NCBI GenBank assembly: GCA_029819875.1
Contig: JALGVG010000004.1
Coordinates: 1 to 57,123 of the forward strand
Direction of reading: 5' to 3'
Length of the DNA: 57,123 nt
DNA from: Candidatus Zipacnadia bacterium
GTDB taxonomy: Bacteria; Armatimonadota; Zipacnadia; Zipacnadales; Zipacnadaceae
A program made the position numbers and the translations under genes. Positions 17,563 through 26,871 of this stretch are shown here, in pieces (the stretch's first letter is position 1; each line of letters begins with the position of its first letter). The notes beneath the pieces are model-generated. The model was not told where the DNA came from, ran no database searches, and was given only the letters and a program-made list of their open reading frames with translations.

Positions 17563-19434
17563 TCACCAGGGGATAAATTGCACCACTGCCACACCGGGGC
17601 CGGTGAAGGTCACTTCAGCCTCGTTGGCCGCGGGACGATCGGCGACTTGAATGTCCGGGGATGAAGGGTCGAGTTTGCGCACCCTCAGCCTTGCGACATT
17701 AATCTCGCCGCGCGCCTGGACATGCACCTTGCGTGGCCCCTCACCCCCATAAGCGATGACAGCGGTGTTGGATGTCTTGGTGCGGATGCCTGCTGCCAGG
17801 ACCTCGGGCAAGGGATTGGAGTAGTGGCATAATTCAGCGCCGGCCGGGGCCCAGTGGCGAAGCAGCCAGGCTGCATGGTACAACGCTGTTTTGTGGCCTT
17901 GTGGGTCCAGCAAGCCGGTGTGCTCGCCGCACAGGGAGTGGCAAATCACCTTGTTATGGGTCGGTGCCGCCACCAGCGTCACTGTCGCCAACCAAGCAGC
18001 AGCGAAGTAATCCCGTGGCGAATCTCCCCGTGGATAGACCGCCGCCGTGCCCATCCACAAGTCGGTGATGAAGAGGTTGCGTAGTTCAGGCCGCAGTCGC
18101 GCAACCAGGGCCCGCACTTCCGGAAAGCTGACCTGATGTGAAAGGTCGAAGGCCTCGCCCGTGCGGGCACTGGCCAGCGCCTCCTCGTCCGACAATTCGG
18201 CGGTGTGGCCGGAGAAAAAATGATAGCTGAGAAAATCGAGCCATCTGGCCGCTTTCACGAATTCGCTAATATGTCTTCGGTCTGCCGAGGCAAAACCCAT
18301 GCCTCCGACATAGGCGTACGGGCCGGGATCGGCCTGCTTGAGATCCGTGGCCAGCGTGTTGTAAGCCTCCAGCGCCGCCTCGATGTTTGCGTACTGGCCG
18401 CTCTCCAGCGGTTCAGGGAACAGTTCGTAGTAATGGCTCGTGGGCGCCCCCGTGCGGCTTTCAGCCACTTCAATGCACGTCTTGTAGAATATGTCCCATA
18501 GTTCCGTCTCTTGGCCGGCATCGTCTATTGCAGCCGCCGGCGGGCGACAAGACAGCATCCAGCGTGCGTTATGGCGCTCTATCCAGTCAAGATGCCCGGT
18601 CAGCCTATCAACGTCATAGCATTTCTGTTCGCTATTGAAGTAGTTATTCAGGCGCACGAGCACCACGCATGGCCCGATGTTCGCCAGGTACTCACCGAGA
18701 CGCTCCTCGGCAGGCCCCCCTTCGTCAATGAGCGCGGCGGCGGCAGGATCCAACTGTACTCCTATCTGCCCCAGTAACCTTGCTTGCGTCATGGAAAAAT
18801 CAATGACTACCGAGGTCTCCGTAGGGGGTGAGGGCGCCAGCCCGGCCGTCTGGGTGGGCTCGGCTACGATCTGGTCCACGTAGAAACGAGACGCCGGCCA
18901 CGAACCGTAACGGGCAAGCTCCAGGTAGCGGACCCAGGGCAATTCCGTGCTGGTGAGGGATTTACCGCTGTCATCCACAAAGCCGAAGAACCGCAAGGAA
19001 AACCGCTGCCACTGCGTGGACTTGACGGTCAGCGTCTGCTTGTACTCTGTTGCCGTGGATTTATCCGGCGGAAACACCTTCAATACCACGGTCAGTTTCT
19101 GCGGTGTGCCGTCCCCTTTCATCCACAGGCTGAGCTGATTGCAATTGTTCTGCACCCAGGCGGCGCCCTTCACCGCACACCGCACAAGTGCCCACGTCTC
19201 GTTCCCTTCCAGGAATTCCACCAGCGCTGACTGCCTTCCGCCCTCCTGGGGAGCGGGGCGGGCAACGGGGTAGATGTTGCACAGCGAGGCCGGCTCGCCC
19301 TGTGCCGCCAGGCCGTCAAGCGTCTCCCACTCCCCGACGCCGGTCTCGAAGTCCTCAATCAGCACCTGGTCCGCCAGAACCGACGAGGCCAACACAGCGC
19401 AGAGAAAAATGTTCAACACATAGCGCCTGTGCAT
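17563..19434 (-). CDS. secreted protein with N-terminal CBM/CIA30-like module and putative clan GH-A-like TIM-barrel body
   Basis: Signal peptide MHRRYVLNIFLCAVLASSVLA; DFETGVGEWETLDG opening is typical of CBM-like modules. YYELFPEP recalls the NEP acid/base motif. The function call is weak. Confidence 0.55.
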   Translation of the reverse strand: MHRRYVLNIFLCAVLASSVLADQVLIEDFETGVGEWETLDGLAAQGEPASLCNIYPVARPAPQEGGRQSALVEFLEGNETWALVRCAVKGAAWVQNNCNQLSLWMKGDGTPQKLTVVLKVFPPDKSTATEYKQTLTVKSTQWQRFSLRFFGFVDDSGKSLTSTELPWVRYLELARYGSWPASRFYVDQIVAEPTQTAGLAPSPPTETSVVIDFSMTQARLLGQIGVQLDPAAAALIDEGGPAEERLGEYLANIGPCVVLVRLNNYFNSEQKCYDVDRLTGHLDWIERHNARWMLSCRPPAAAIDDAGQETELWDIFYKTCIEVAESRTGAPTSHYYELFPEPLESGQYANIEAALEAYNTLATDLKQADPGPYAYVGGMGFASADRRHISEFVKAARWLDFLSYHFFSGHTAELSDEEALASARTGEAFDLSHQVSFPEVRALVARLRPELRNLFITDLWMGTAAVYPRGDSPRDYFAAAWLATVTLVAAPTHNKVICHSLCGEHTGLLDPQGHKTALYHAAWLLRHWAPAGAELCHYSNPLPEVLAAGIRTKTSNTAVIAYGGEGPRKVHVQARGEINVARLRVRKLDPSSPDIQVADRPAANEAEVTFTGPGVAVVQFIPW

Positions 19435-19494
19435 GGAAATCCCCTCCGACCGGCGAGGATAGATCTTCCGACGGCGCAGTCGGCCGGCTGCCTG

Positions 19495-20259
19495 TCAGCC
19501 GAGTTGCCTGCAAATCATTGCGGCAAAACAGCCAGCCCCGAACCCGTTGTCAATATTGACCACCACCACGCCTCCGGCACAGGAGTTGAGCATTGTCAGC
19601 AAGGGCGCTATGCCGCCTAGATTGGCTCCATAGCCTACACTGGTCGGCACTCCTATCACCGGCTTGTCCACCAGTCCCCCGACCACGCTGGCCAACGCCC
19701 CTTCCATGCCCGCCACCACCACGATTGCGCTTGCACTGTCCAGAAGTTGCCGGTGTTGCAACAAGCGGTGGATGCCGGCCACCCCCACATCGAACAAGCG
19801 CTGCACGCGGCAACCAGCCGCCTCCGCCGTCACGGCGGCTTCTTCGGCCACGGGAATATCGGCGGTTCCGGCTGATATGACCAACGCCATGCTCTGCGTC
19901 CGGCTCGCCGGCCCACCGATCTGAATGATACGGGCCTGCTCATGATACACGGCCTCGGGTATTGCTGCATGAATGTGGTCGAATATCTCCGGCCGGGCGC
20001 GGGTAGCCAGAACAACATCGGCGTTCTTGCGTAAGGACCGGACTATCCCCTCGATCTGTTCAACCGTCTTGTTCTCACACAGCACAACCTCGGGGAAACC
20101 CTGGCGTAGCGCCCGGTGATGGTCCACCTTGGCATAGCCGAGGTCCTCGAAGGGGAGATCGCGCAACCGGGCCACGGCCTGTTCGATGCTCAGCCGCCCT
20201 GCTGCCACTTCCTCCAGCATCCGTTTGAGACGTTGTTCATCCATCTGTCCACTTCTCAC
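19495..20259 (-). CDS. larB: nickel-pincer cofactor biosynthesis protein LarB (PurE-like NaAD carboxylase/hydrolase)
   Basis: Motifs seen: LPFEDLGYAKVDHHRALRQGFPEVV; ISAGTADIPVAEEAA; DVGVAGIHRLL; VVVAGMEGALASVVGGLV; PTSVGYGA; NIDNGFGAG. An alternative start is ATG 20244. Confidence 0.85.
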   Translation of the reverse strand: MRSGQMDEQRLKRMLEEVAAGRLSIEQAVARLRDLPFEDLGYAKVDHHRALRQGFPEVVLCENKTVEQIEGIVRSLRKNADVVLATRARPEIFDHIHAAIPEAVYHEQARIIQIGGPASRTQSMALVISAGTADIPVAEEAAVTAEAAGCRVQRLFDVGVAGIHRLLQHRQLLDSASAIVVVAGMEGALASVVGGLVDKPVIGVPTSVGYGANLGGIAPLLTMLNSCAGGVVVVNIDNGFGAGCFAAMICRQLG

Positions 20260-20267
20260 CGTACCTG

Positions 20268-21275
20268 TTACAACGGCAAATCCACCGGCGTTCCCCGCTC
20301 ATTGGACAGGTGCGCAGCCTCGGCCACCATCGTGTTTTGCAGCCCCTCGGTTCCCGGTATCGTCACCGGCGTGTCGTTGGCCACGGCTTCAATAAACTCA
20401 CGCACCTCCCGCTGCACGCCGTCCTCGTAGCCCTCTGAAGTCTTATCATACGGGACCTCGACGGGTTGGTCCCCCTTCTTCATGTAGGTGACCAGCTTGG
20501 TCTTGTTGTCGTAGTAGATGGTGCCCTCTGTGAGGAATATCTTGCCTTCGTAGGTGCCCAGGATCGCGCTGTGGCCGGCCAGCAAGCAGCCTTTGCCGCC
20601 GTTTTCAAACTCCATTAACACGTAAGCGGTATCCTCGTAATCTATGCCCTCGGCGATGTAATGGCCCAACGAGCCGTACACGCGCTTGACGTTGCTGCCC
20701 AGCACCGTGCGCATGAAGTCGATTTCGTGAGCTGAAAACTCAAACAGCGGCCCGCCGCACTTGTCCGCCTGTTCCCGCCAACCGCCGGCGTAGGGGGTGT
20801 CTTTCCAGGAACCGCCGATGCGGGTCGTTTGCATGCAAAACGGCTCGCCGAGTTCGCCGCTGCGCACCAGGTCCCACATGTAGACATACGGGGCGATGTA
20901 GCGCAGCACCTGCCCGACCATCAGCTTCACTCCGGCCCGCTCAGCCGCCTCCACCATCTGCCGGGCGTCTTGGGTAGACAGTGCCATGGGCTTTTCGCAA
21001 AACACGTGCTTGCCGGCCTGAGCGGCTCGTATGGTCATGGGTGCGTGCAGGAAGTTCGGCGCCGCCACGAACACGGCATCAACATCATCGCGACTGATAA
21101 CATCCTCGCTGTCCGCGCAGTAGTCGCACCCCAGCTCTTCGGCCAGCTTGCGAGCCCTTTCCACTTGCGGATCTGCAACACATGTTACGGCAGCCAGCTC
21201 CACGCCCTTGGCGGCACGTATCAACGAGGCCCCCATGCCGCCGCAGCCTATTAAAGCAACATTGACCTTTTCCAT
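20268..21275 (-). CDS. Gfo/Idh/MocA family oxidoreductase
   Basis: MEKVNVALIGCGGMG Rossmann N-terminus and EKPMA motif. The stop lies 8 nt upstream of the larB start. Confidence 0.85.
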   Translation of the reverse strand: MEKVNVALIGCGGMGASLIRAAKGVELAAVTCVADPQVERARKLAEELGCDYCADSEDVISRDDVDAVFVAAPNFLHAPMTIRAAQAGKHVFCEKPMALSTQDARQMVEAAERAGVKLMVGQVLRYIAPYVYMWDLVRSGELGEPFCMQTTRIGGSWKDTPYAGGWREQADKCGGPLFEFSAHEIDFMRTVLGSNVKRVYGSLGHYIAEGIDYEDTAYVLMEFENGGKGCLLAGHSAILGTYEGKIFLTEGTIYYDNKTKLVTYMKKGDQPVEVPYDKTSEGYEDGVQREVREFIEAVANDTPVTIPGTEGLQNTMVAEAAHLSNERGTPVDLPL

Positions 21276-21358
21276 TGTGTCACAATTTCTCCCTTGCTTA
21301 CAATTTTCGGGCATAACGCCCGGTTGCTGCTACAACCCATGCAAACACAACTTGCGGT

Positions 21359-21553
21359 TCAACTCTCCTGTTGCTTGTCACTCTGCGCCGGTTTCTGTTG
21401 CAGCGGCCGGCGCAGCAAGATGTTTACCACCTCGTTGCCCGACATCATGATGGGCTCCCAGCCCTCTACTATCATGTGCGACATGCGTTCATTGAGGTGG
21501 GTCACAGACCCTCCGGCCGGTAATTGAACGACACGATATTCATATCCCGCCAT
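21359..21553 (-). CDS. DUF4177-like small protein
   Basis: MAGYEYRVVQLP...LNERMSHMIVEGWEPIMM resembles the DUF4177 pattern (YEYKVV...GWELV). Confidence 0.55.
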   Translation of the reverse strand: MAGYEYRVVQLPAGGSVTHLNERMSHMIVEGWEPIMMSGNEVVNILLRRPLQQKPAQSDKQQES

Positions 21554-21873
21554 GTGAAGTTATCCTCCCTCAAACAAGATCAGGTAAGTGCCGGGCTGTT
21601 GCCGCGCCCCGTAACCCATTCGATCGCCGCGTAACATCCTACAATGACAGCACGGCCCCCTGCATGATTGCAGCGTTTGTTCGCCACTGCGCAAGCAGCA
21701 TATCAGCTATTCGTCGCAGTGGCGTGCATCTCCTTCCTACCTGCTACCACGATGTAACCGCCGCGACACAATCCTGCATCAACGTCGCCGATTGGGGGCC
21801 ACTGCACTTCACCTGCCGACCTTCCTGCCGATTTAACAGCCAGACGGTGGAGGGAAAGCACTGATACGGAGGG

Positions 21874-22863
21874 GTGTTCATGACGCCGCAAGGCGCGCTT
21901 CCAGCTCGCGCACATACGCCATCATACTTTGTCGACAACGATCCGCCCAGCCAACCATCTCACTTCAACAAGCCGCTGCAGTTGCTGAAAGGTTTCTACC
22001 CTCGGGCCCATGCCGCGGGAGCGGCTTGGCTGGCGGGGACCGTGATCCATTGCACCTCACCGGTCGTGTGGCTCTACGGTTCCCGCCCCCTGACTGCGCA
22101 GGCGGTCAGGGACTGCTCGCGCCAACTGCTGCAGGAAGCCAACGAGGTGCGAGGTAAGCACACTGACTTACCGCTGGTATTGTTGCAGCCTACCAGCTTG
22201 TACGCCTGGGACAAGCCCGAGATACCGCCTGGCGATCTTCACTCCACCTCTTACCGGGACTTCTACGTCCCGGCCGAGGATGATATCCCGCGGGCAATCG
22301 TTCGCATCGGCGTGGAATCTCCCGCCGCGGCAGACTGGCAGGCCCTGCAGGAAATCGCCCAACAGATCGGATCGCAGATAGCGGCACTGGTAGTTGTAGA
22401 CGGCGACAGCGGCCGCAGTGAACTGGCCGAGCAGGCGACGGATGGCATTTTGCGCTTGCTGCAAGCCCAACAGGGTTCTGAAGCCTACAAGCTGCCGGAC
22501 CTTTCGTTGGCGCTCGTCGAGGTGCAGACCACTGCAGGAGACCTCTCCCCCACCATGTGGGAACAGATCGAGGCTATCATAGCCGCCAATTCGCGCAGCA
22601 GCGACTACATCGCGCCAATGAGCAGCGGAACCTTCGCCATCGTCATGCCTGACACTGATGCGCGCGGGGCGCTGATAGGCGCCGACCGCCTGCGGAAGGT
22701 GGTGGAGGAGTTCGCCCGTGCCCGGAACGTGGAACTGCGCGTTTGTATCGGCGTCAGCAGTTGGGATCCTGACCGCAACGCCGAGCAGCTGTTATGGGAA
22801 GCCAGCCAGGCGCTTCGACAAGCCAAGAACAACGGTCACGGTGCGGCATTCCTGTACGTATGA
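21874..22863 (+). CDS. hypothetical protein with C-terminal degenerate GGDEF-like domain
   Basis: The C-terminal ~120 aa follow GGDEF-domain spacing (..IAPMSSGTFAIVMPDT...RVCIGVSS...EASQALRQAKNNGHG), but SSGTF replaces GG[DE]EF. Confidence 0.6.
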   Translation: MFMTPQGALPARAHTPSYFVDNDPPSQPSHFNKPLQLLKGFYPRAHAAGAAWLAGTVIHCTSPVVWLYGSRPLTAQAVRDCSRQLLQEANEVRGKHTDLPLVLLQPTSLYAWDKPEIPPGDLHSTSYRDFYVPAEDDIPRAIVRIGVESPAAADWQALQEIAQQIGSQIAALVVVDGDSGRSELAEQATDGILRLLQAQQGSEAYKLPDLSLALVEVQTTAGDLSPTMWEQIEAIIAANSRSSDYIAPMSSGTFAIVMPDTDARGALIGADRLRKVVEEFARARNVELRVCIGVSSWDPDRNAEQLLWEASQALRQAKNNGHGAAFLYV

Positions 22864-22903
22864 GAGCCTGCTTGCGAAAGACAGGCAGACACCGGTCGGC
22901 ATG

Positions 22904-24826
22904 TCAGGACAGTTCGCGGATATAGTTGAGCATGCCGCCGGCCAGTATTATCTTTCTTTGCCTGTCGGTGAGAACCGGCTTGGCCGGTATGCGGGCCCCT
23001 GAGGAAACATTTTTGCCCGCCAGGATCTTGCCTGCCAGGAGGGCTTGCCTGATGTTGTCAAACTCCAGTACATCCCCTTCGTTCAGTTCATCGTACGTCG
23101 CCCGCTCTATCTGCAGCGGCAGGATGCCGAAGTTGACAAGGTTGGCCTGGTGGATGCGCGCAAACGAGCAGGCCAGCACGGCCCGCACTCCCAGGTAACG
23201 GGGTGCGAGGGCGGCATGCTCGCGGCTTGAGCCTTGCCCGTAATTGTCTCCACCCACGATAAACCCACCCCCCTGGTCAAGCGCACGCTGAACGAAGCCG
23301 GCATCCACCTGCTCAAAGACGTGCCGGCTGAGGGCAGGTATGTTGCTGCGCAGCGGCAGTATCTTGGCCCCGGCCGGCATGATGTGATCGGTAGTGATAT
23401 TGTCACCTACTTTGAGCAGGACCGGCAACCGCAATGTGTCCGGCAACGGTTCAAATTCGGGGAGGGGCTTGATGTTGGGCCCCCGCACGATCTGCACGTT
23501 GCTGCCATCTTCCGGCGGCAGAATAAACATGCTGTTGTCCACGTCGAAGCGCGAGGGCAGTGCGATATGCGGTGGAGCGCCCAGTACCCGCGGATCGGTT
23601 ATCTGCCCGCTGATGGCGGCCGCTGCGCATACCTCGGGGCTGGCCAGGTACACTTGGGCGTCGGGGGTTCCGCTCCGACCGCGGAAGTTGCGGTTGAATG
23701 AGCGCAGGGAGATGCCCTCGCTCGGAGGCGCCTGCCCCATCCCGATGCAGGGCCCGCATGCCGTTTCCAGGATGCGAGCCCCCGCTGCCACCAGGTCCGC
23801 CAGCGCGCCGTTGGCTGCCAGCATCCACAGCACCTGCCGCGAGCCGGGCGAAATCGTCAGGCTCACATCGGGATGGACCGTATGCCCCCTGAGTATGGCC
23901 GCGACCATCATCATGTCGCGTAGCGAGGAGTTCGTGCAGCTTCCGATGCATACCTGGTGCACCGGCGTTCCGGCCAGTTCACTGACCGGGACCACTGCAT
24001 CCGGGCTGTGAGGCTGGGCCACGAGGGGCTCTATCTTTGCCAGGTCCAGTTCCAGTGTCTCCTCGTATTCGGCATCCTCGTCGGCTCCCAGCTCAACCCA
24101 CGCCTCCTCACGCCCTTGGGCGGCCAGAAACTCCCGTGTGCGCGCATCGCTGGGGAACACCGAGCTGGTGGCCCCCAGCTCCGCCCCCATGTTCGCGATG
24201 GTAGCCCGCTCGGGCACCGTCAACGTCAGCACCCCCGGGCCCAAATATTCCATCACCTTGCCTACGCCGCCTTTGACCGACAAGCGCCTCAGCAGCTCCA
24301 GTATGATGTCCTTGGCGGTAACCCACGGAGCCAGCCGGCCATGCAGGCGCACTCCCACCACCCGCGGGGCCGTCAGGTAAAAGGGCTGGCCTGCCATCGC
24401 CGCCGCGACATCCAGCCCCCCGGCTCCCACGGCGAACATCCCCAAGCCTCCGGCAGTAGGCGTGTGGCTATCAGACCCCAACAGCGTCTTGCCCGGCACG
24501 CCGAACCTCTCCAGGTGTACTTGGTGGCAAATCCCGTTCCCAGGTCGCGAGAACACCACGCCGTACTTGGCTGCCACGCTCTGCAAGTAGCGGTGGTCGT
24601 CGGCATTCTCAAACCCCACCTGCAGCGTATTGTGGTCGACGTAGCTGACCGATAGCTCCGTGCGAACGCGCGCAATTCCCAGGGCCTCAAACTGCAGGTA
24701 CGCCAGCGTTCCCGTAGCATCCTGGGTAAGAGTCTGGTCTATTCGAATCGCTATCTCCTCACCCGGCTGCAGTTCACCGCACACCAGGTGGTTCTTCAGC
24801 AACTGCTCGACAATTGTCCCTTTCAC
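22904..24826 (-). CDS. aconitate hydratase, ~640-aa (Aquifex-type / LeuCD-fusion-like) aconitase family
   Basis: Motifs seen: IDQTLTQDATG; SDSHT; CIGSCTNS; ETACGPCIGMG cluster-ligand blocks; swivel-domain GDNYGQGSSREHAA. Confidence 0.85.
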   Translation of the reverse strand: MKGTIVEQLLKNHLVCGELQPGEEIAIRIDQTLTQDATGTLAYLQFEALGIARVRTELSVSYVDHNTLQVGFENADDHRYLQSVAAKYGVVFSRPGNGICHQVHLERFGVPGKTLLGSDSHTPTAGGLGMFAVGAGGLDVAAAMAGQPFYLTAPRVVGVRLHGRLAPWVTAKDIILELLRRLSVKGGVGKVMEYLGPGVLTLTVPERATIANMGAELGATSSVFPSDARTREFLAAQGREEAWVELGADEDAEYEETLELDLAKIEPLVAQPHSPDAVVPVSELAGTPVHQVCIGSCTNSSLRDMMMVAAILRGHTVHPDVSLTISPGSRQVLWMLAANGALADLVAAGARILETACGPCIGMGQAPPSEGISLRSFNRNFRGRSGTPDAQVYLASPEVCAAAAISGQITDPRVLGAPPHIALPSRFDVDNSMFILPPEDGSNVQIVRGPNIKPLPEFEPLPDTLRLPVLLKVGDNITTDHIMPAGAKILPLRSNIPALSRHVFEQVDAGFVQRALDQGGGFIVGGDNYGQGSSREHAALAPRYLGVRAVLACSFARIHQANLVNFGILPLQIERATYDELNEGDVLEFDNIRQALLAGKILAGKNVSSGARIPAKPVLTDRQRKIILAGGMLNYIRELS

Positions 24827-25340
24827 TGTTAACCTCCATTATTGAAATTCAGCCTCGCCCTCTCCATCTATCTGCTATCCAAACCCATACGACGAACAGA
24901 TACCTCTTATGCGCCGGCGCAGGCGCACCGCCACAGTATTGATGGTCCCCAAGACGAATAGAAACTCTGCGCTGCCGGTCGCGCAGATGCTGAAGTATAC
25001 TAAGCCCTTCTGCGCTCAAATATGACAGCTTTTCCCTTTTGGGTGGCAATTTTTTGTGTCACAATAACCCGCAACCCGGCAACAATGCAATAATACAGTG
25101 GGCAAGGGTCCAGGTCAACGGTGCAAGCCTTGCCGCCCGGCATGTGCCGGCCGCCGATGCATGACCTTCAGGGGCGCTTCCCCGGCCGGTCCGGCCAGCG
25201 GTTGTTGAATAGAACGCGGCCTTAGCCTTGCCCTCCGGCGGCGTTCGTGCTACATTAAACGCAACGCCATCAGATCCGTGACAAGCGGCCGGCCGCCACT
25301 ACATGACCGCGTGACAAACGGTGCAAGCATGTTTGATATC

Positions 25341-25360
25341 GTAGCTATCGGTAGCTATCG
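25341..25360 (+). repeat. perfect 10-bp tandem duplication GTAGCTATCG x2 inside the 5' end of the PfkB kinase gene
   Basis: Read directly: 25341-25350 equals 25351-25360. Removing one copy joins ATG 25329 in frame with the long ORF. Confidence 0.95.
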
Positions 25361-25377
25361 GCAGTGCCACCCAAGAC

Positions 25378-26325
25378 GTGTTTCTGGACATCAGTAGGTC
25401 ACATATCATTCGCATCGAAGACGCCGATGGGGAGCATGCTTACTTGGCGCTCGAATACGGCGCCAAGATCCAGGCCGACAAGGTGTTCCTGGCCACCGGT
25501 GGGGGAGCTACCAACGTGGCGGTCACCTTCGCGCGAATGGGGTTGCGTACCGCTTGCGTCTGCAAGGTGGGACGTGATAGCGTCAGCCAGCGCATCATTG
25601 ACGAACTACAACCGGAGGGCATAGACACCTCGCGATTCACCTACAGCGACGAACTGCACACCGGCTTTTCAGTCATCGTGACCACCTTCACGGGCGACCG
25701 TACTATCCTGGTTCACCGCGGTGCAAGCACGGCCCTATCCCGGGAGGATGTGCCCTGGGATATTATCGCCCGCACGCCGTGGCTTTACCTGGGCTCCATG
25801 GCCGGGCCGGCTGCCGAGCTGTGGCCTGTCATTGCGCGGTTTTGCGGCGAGCACGGCGTGAAACTGGCCATCAACCCGGGGCGCTCGCAGCGGGTTCTGG
25901 GGTTGGAGGGGCTGCGCGACGTCTACGCCAACACGACGATTATCTTCGTCAACCAGCAGGAGGCACGGCAACTGACAGGGGTCCCCCAGGAGCGAGGACC
26001 TGACGACGAGACAAGGATGCTGCAAATGCTGCATGATGCCGGGTGCCAATACGTCGTCATTACAGATGGCGCGGCGGGAGCTTACGGCTACGATGGGACA
26101 GCGCAGTACTTTGTACCCGCTTACGAAGTGGACGAGGTCAGCACGGTGGGGGCCGGCGATGCGTTCGCTGCCGGATGCGTGGTGGGACTGTTCCGCAACC
26201 TGAAACTGCCGGACGCCATGCGCATAGGAGCGGCCAATGCCGCCCATGTCGTGCAGGAACATGGGGCCAAGCGCGGCATCATCTCCTGGCAGCGCGCCCT
26301 GCAGTTTATTGCTGAACAAAAGTGA
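25378..26325 (+). CDS. PfkB-family carbohydrate kinase (5' end frameshifted; ancestral start ATG 25329)
   Basis: GGGATNVAVTFARMG, later DTVGAGDAFAAG-type motif (VSTVGAGDAFAAG). The longest intact ORF begins at GTG 25378. Confidence 0.8.
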   Translation: MFLDISRSHIIRIEDADGEHAYLALEYGAKIQADKVFLATGGGATNVAVTFARMGLRTACVCKVGRDSVSQRIIDELQPEGIDTSRFTYSDELHTGFSVIVTTFTGDRTILVHRGASTALSREDVPWDIIARTPWLYLGSMAGPAAELWPVIARFCGEHGVKLAINPGRSQRVLGLEGLRDVYANTTIIFVNQQEARQLTGVPQERGPDDETRMLQMLHDAGCQYVVITDGAAGAYGYDGTAQYFVPAYEVDEVSTVGAGDAFAAGCVVGLFRNLKLPDAMRIGAANAAHVVQEHGAKRGIISWQRALQFIAEQK

Positions 26326-26367
26326 ATATCGCCGCCGATTCAGTGGAGCTCGATTGACGTTGTCCTC

Positions 26368-26838
26368 ATGGGCAAGCGTTCCAGCCTCATGGACCTACGG
26401 ACTAACCTCTTCACAAGAAAGGATGTATCGTACTTGAAATTCCACGCGGTCACAGGATATGTAGCACTAGGGTTGGCAGTCGGCATCCTATCCGGCTTGC
26501 TTGGCATCGGGGGCGGCATTCTGATGGTGCCGGCGCTGACGCTTCTGTGGGGCATGAAAATGCACATTGCGATCGGCACGTCCCTGGCAGTGATGATCCC
26601 CAGCGCCCTCGCCGGCGTTTTGCGCCATCATTTTTCGTACGGCAACGTGGACTTCGTCGTTGCCATACTAGTAGCAATTGGTGCCATAGTCGGCAGCTTC
26701 TGCATTGGTGCCCCGCTTGCCGAGGTATTGCCATCCTCGGTCCTCAAGCGGATTTTTGGCGCTGCCATGATAGTCTTGGGCGTCTACTATGGCTGGCTTC
26801 AGCCCTACATCGCGCATATCGCCGCAAACGGTCGTTAA
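26368..26838 (+). CDS. half-size TSUP (TauE/SafE) family membrane transporter
   Basis: GLLGIGGGILMVPAL...GTSLA motif and 4 predicted TM helices. The true start is possibly TTG 26434, 12 nt after AGAAAGGA. Confidence 0.7.
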   Translation: MGKRSSLMDLRTNLFTRKDVSYLKFHAVTGYVALGLAVGILSGLLGIGGGILMVPALTLLWGMKMHIAIGTSLAVMIPSALAGVLRHHFSYGNVDFVVAILVAIGAIVGSFCIGAPLAEVLPSSVLKRIFGAAMIVLGVYYGWLQPYIAHIAANGR

Positions 26839-26871
26839 CCATCACACCCAACCATCTGCCGGGGCGACGTC

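Noticed and set aside
24849-25049. 66-aa minus-strand ORF in the aconitase-pfkB intergenic region
   Set aside because: It has no RBS, an Arg-rich improbable sequence, and lies in a likely divergent promoter region.
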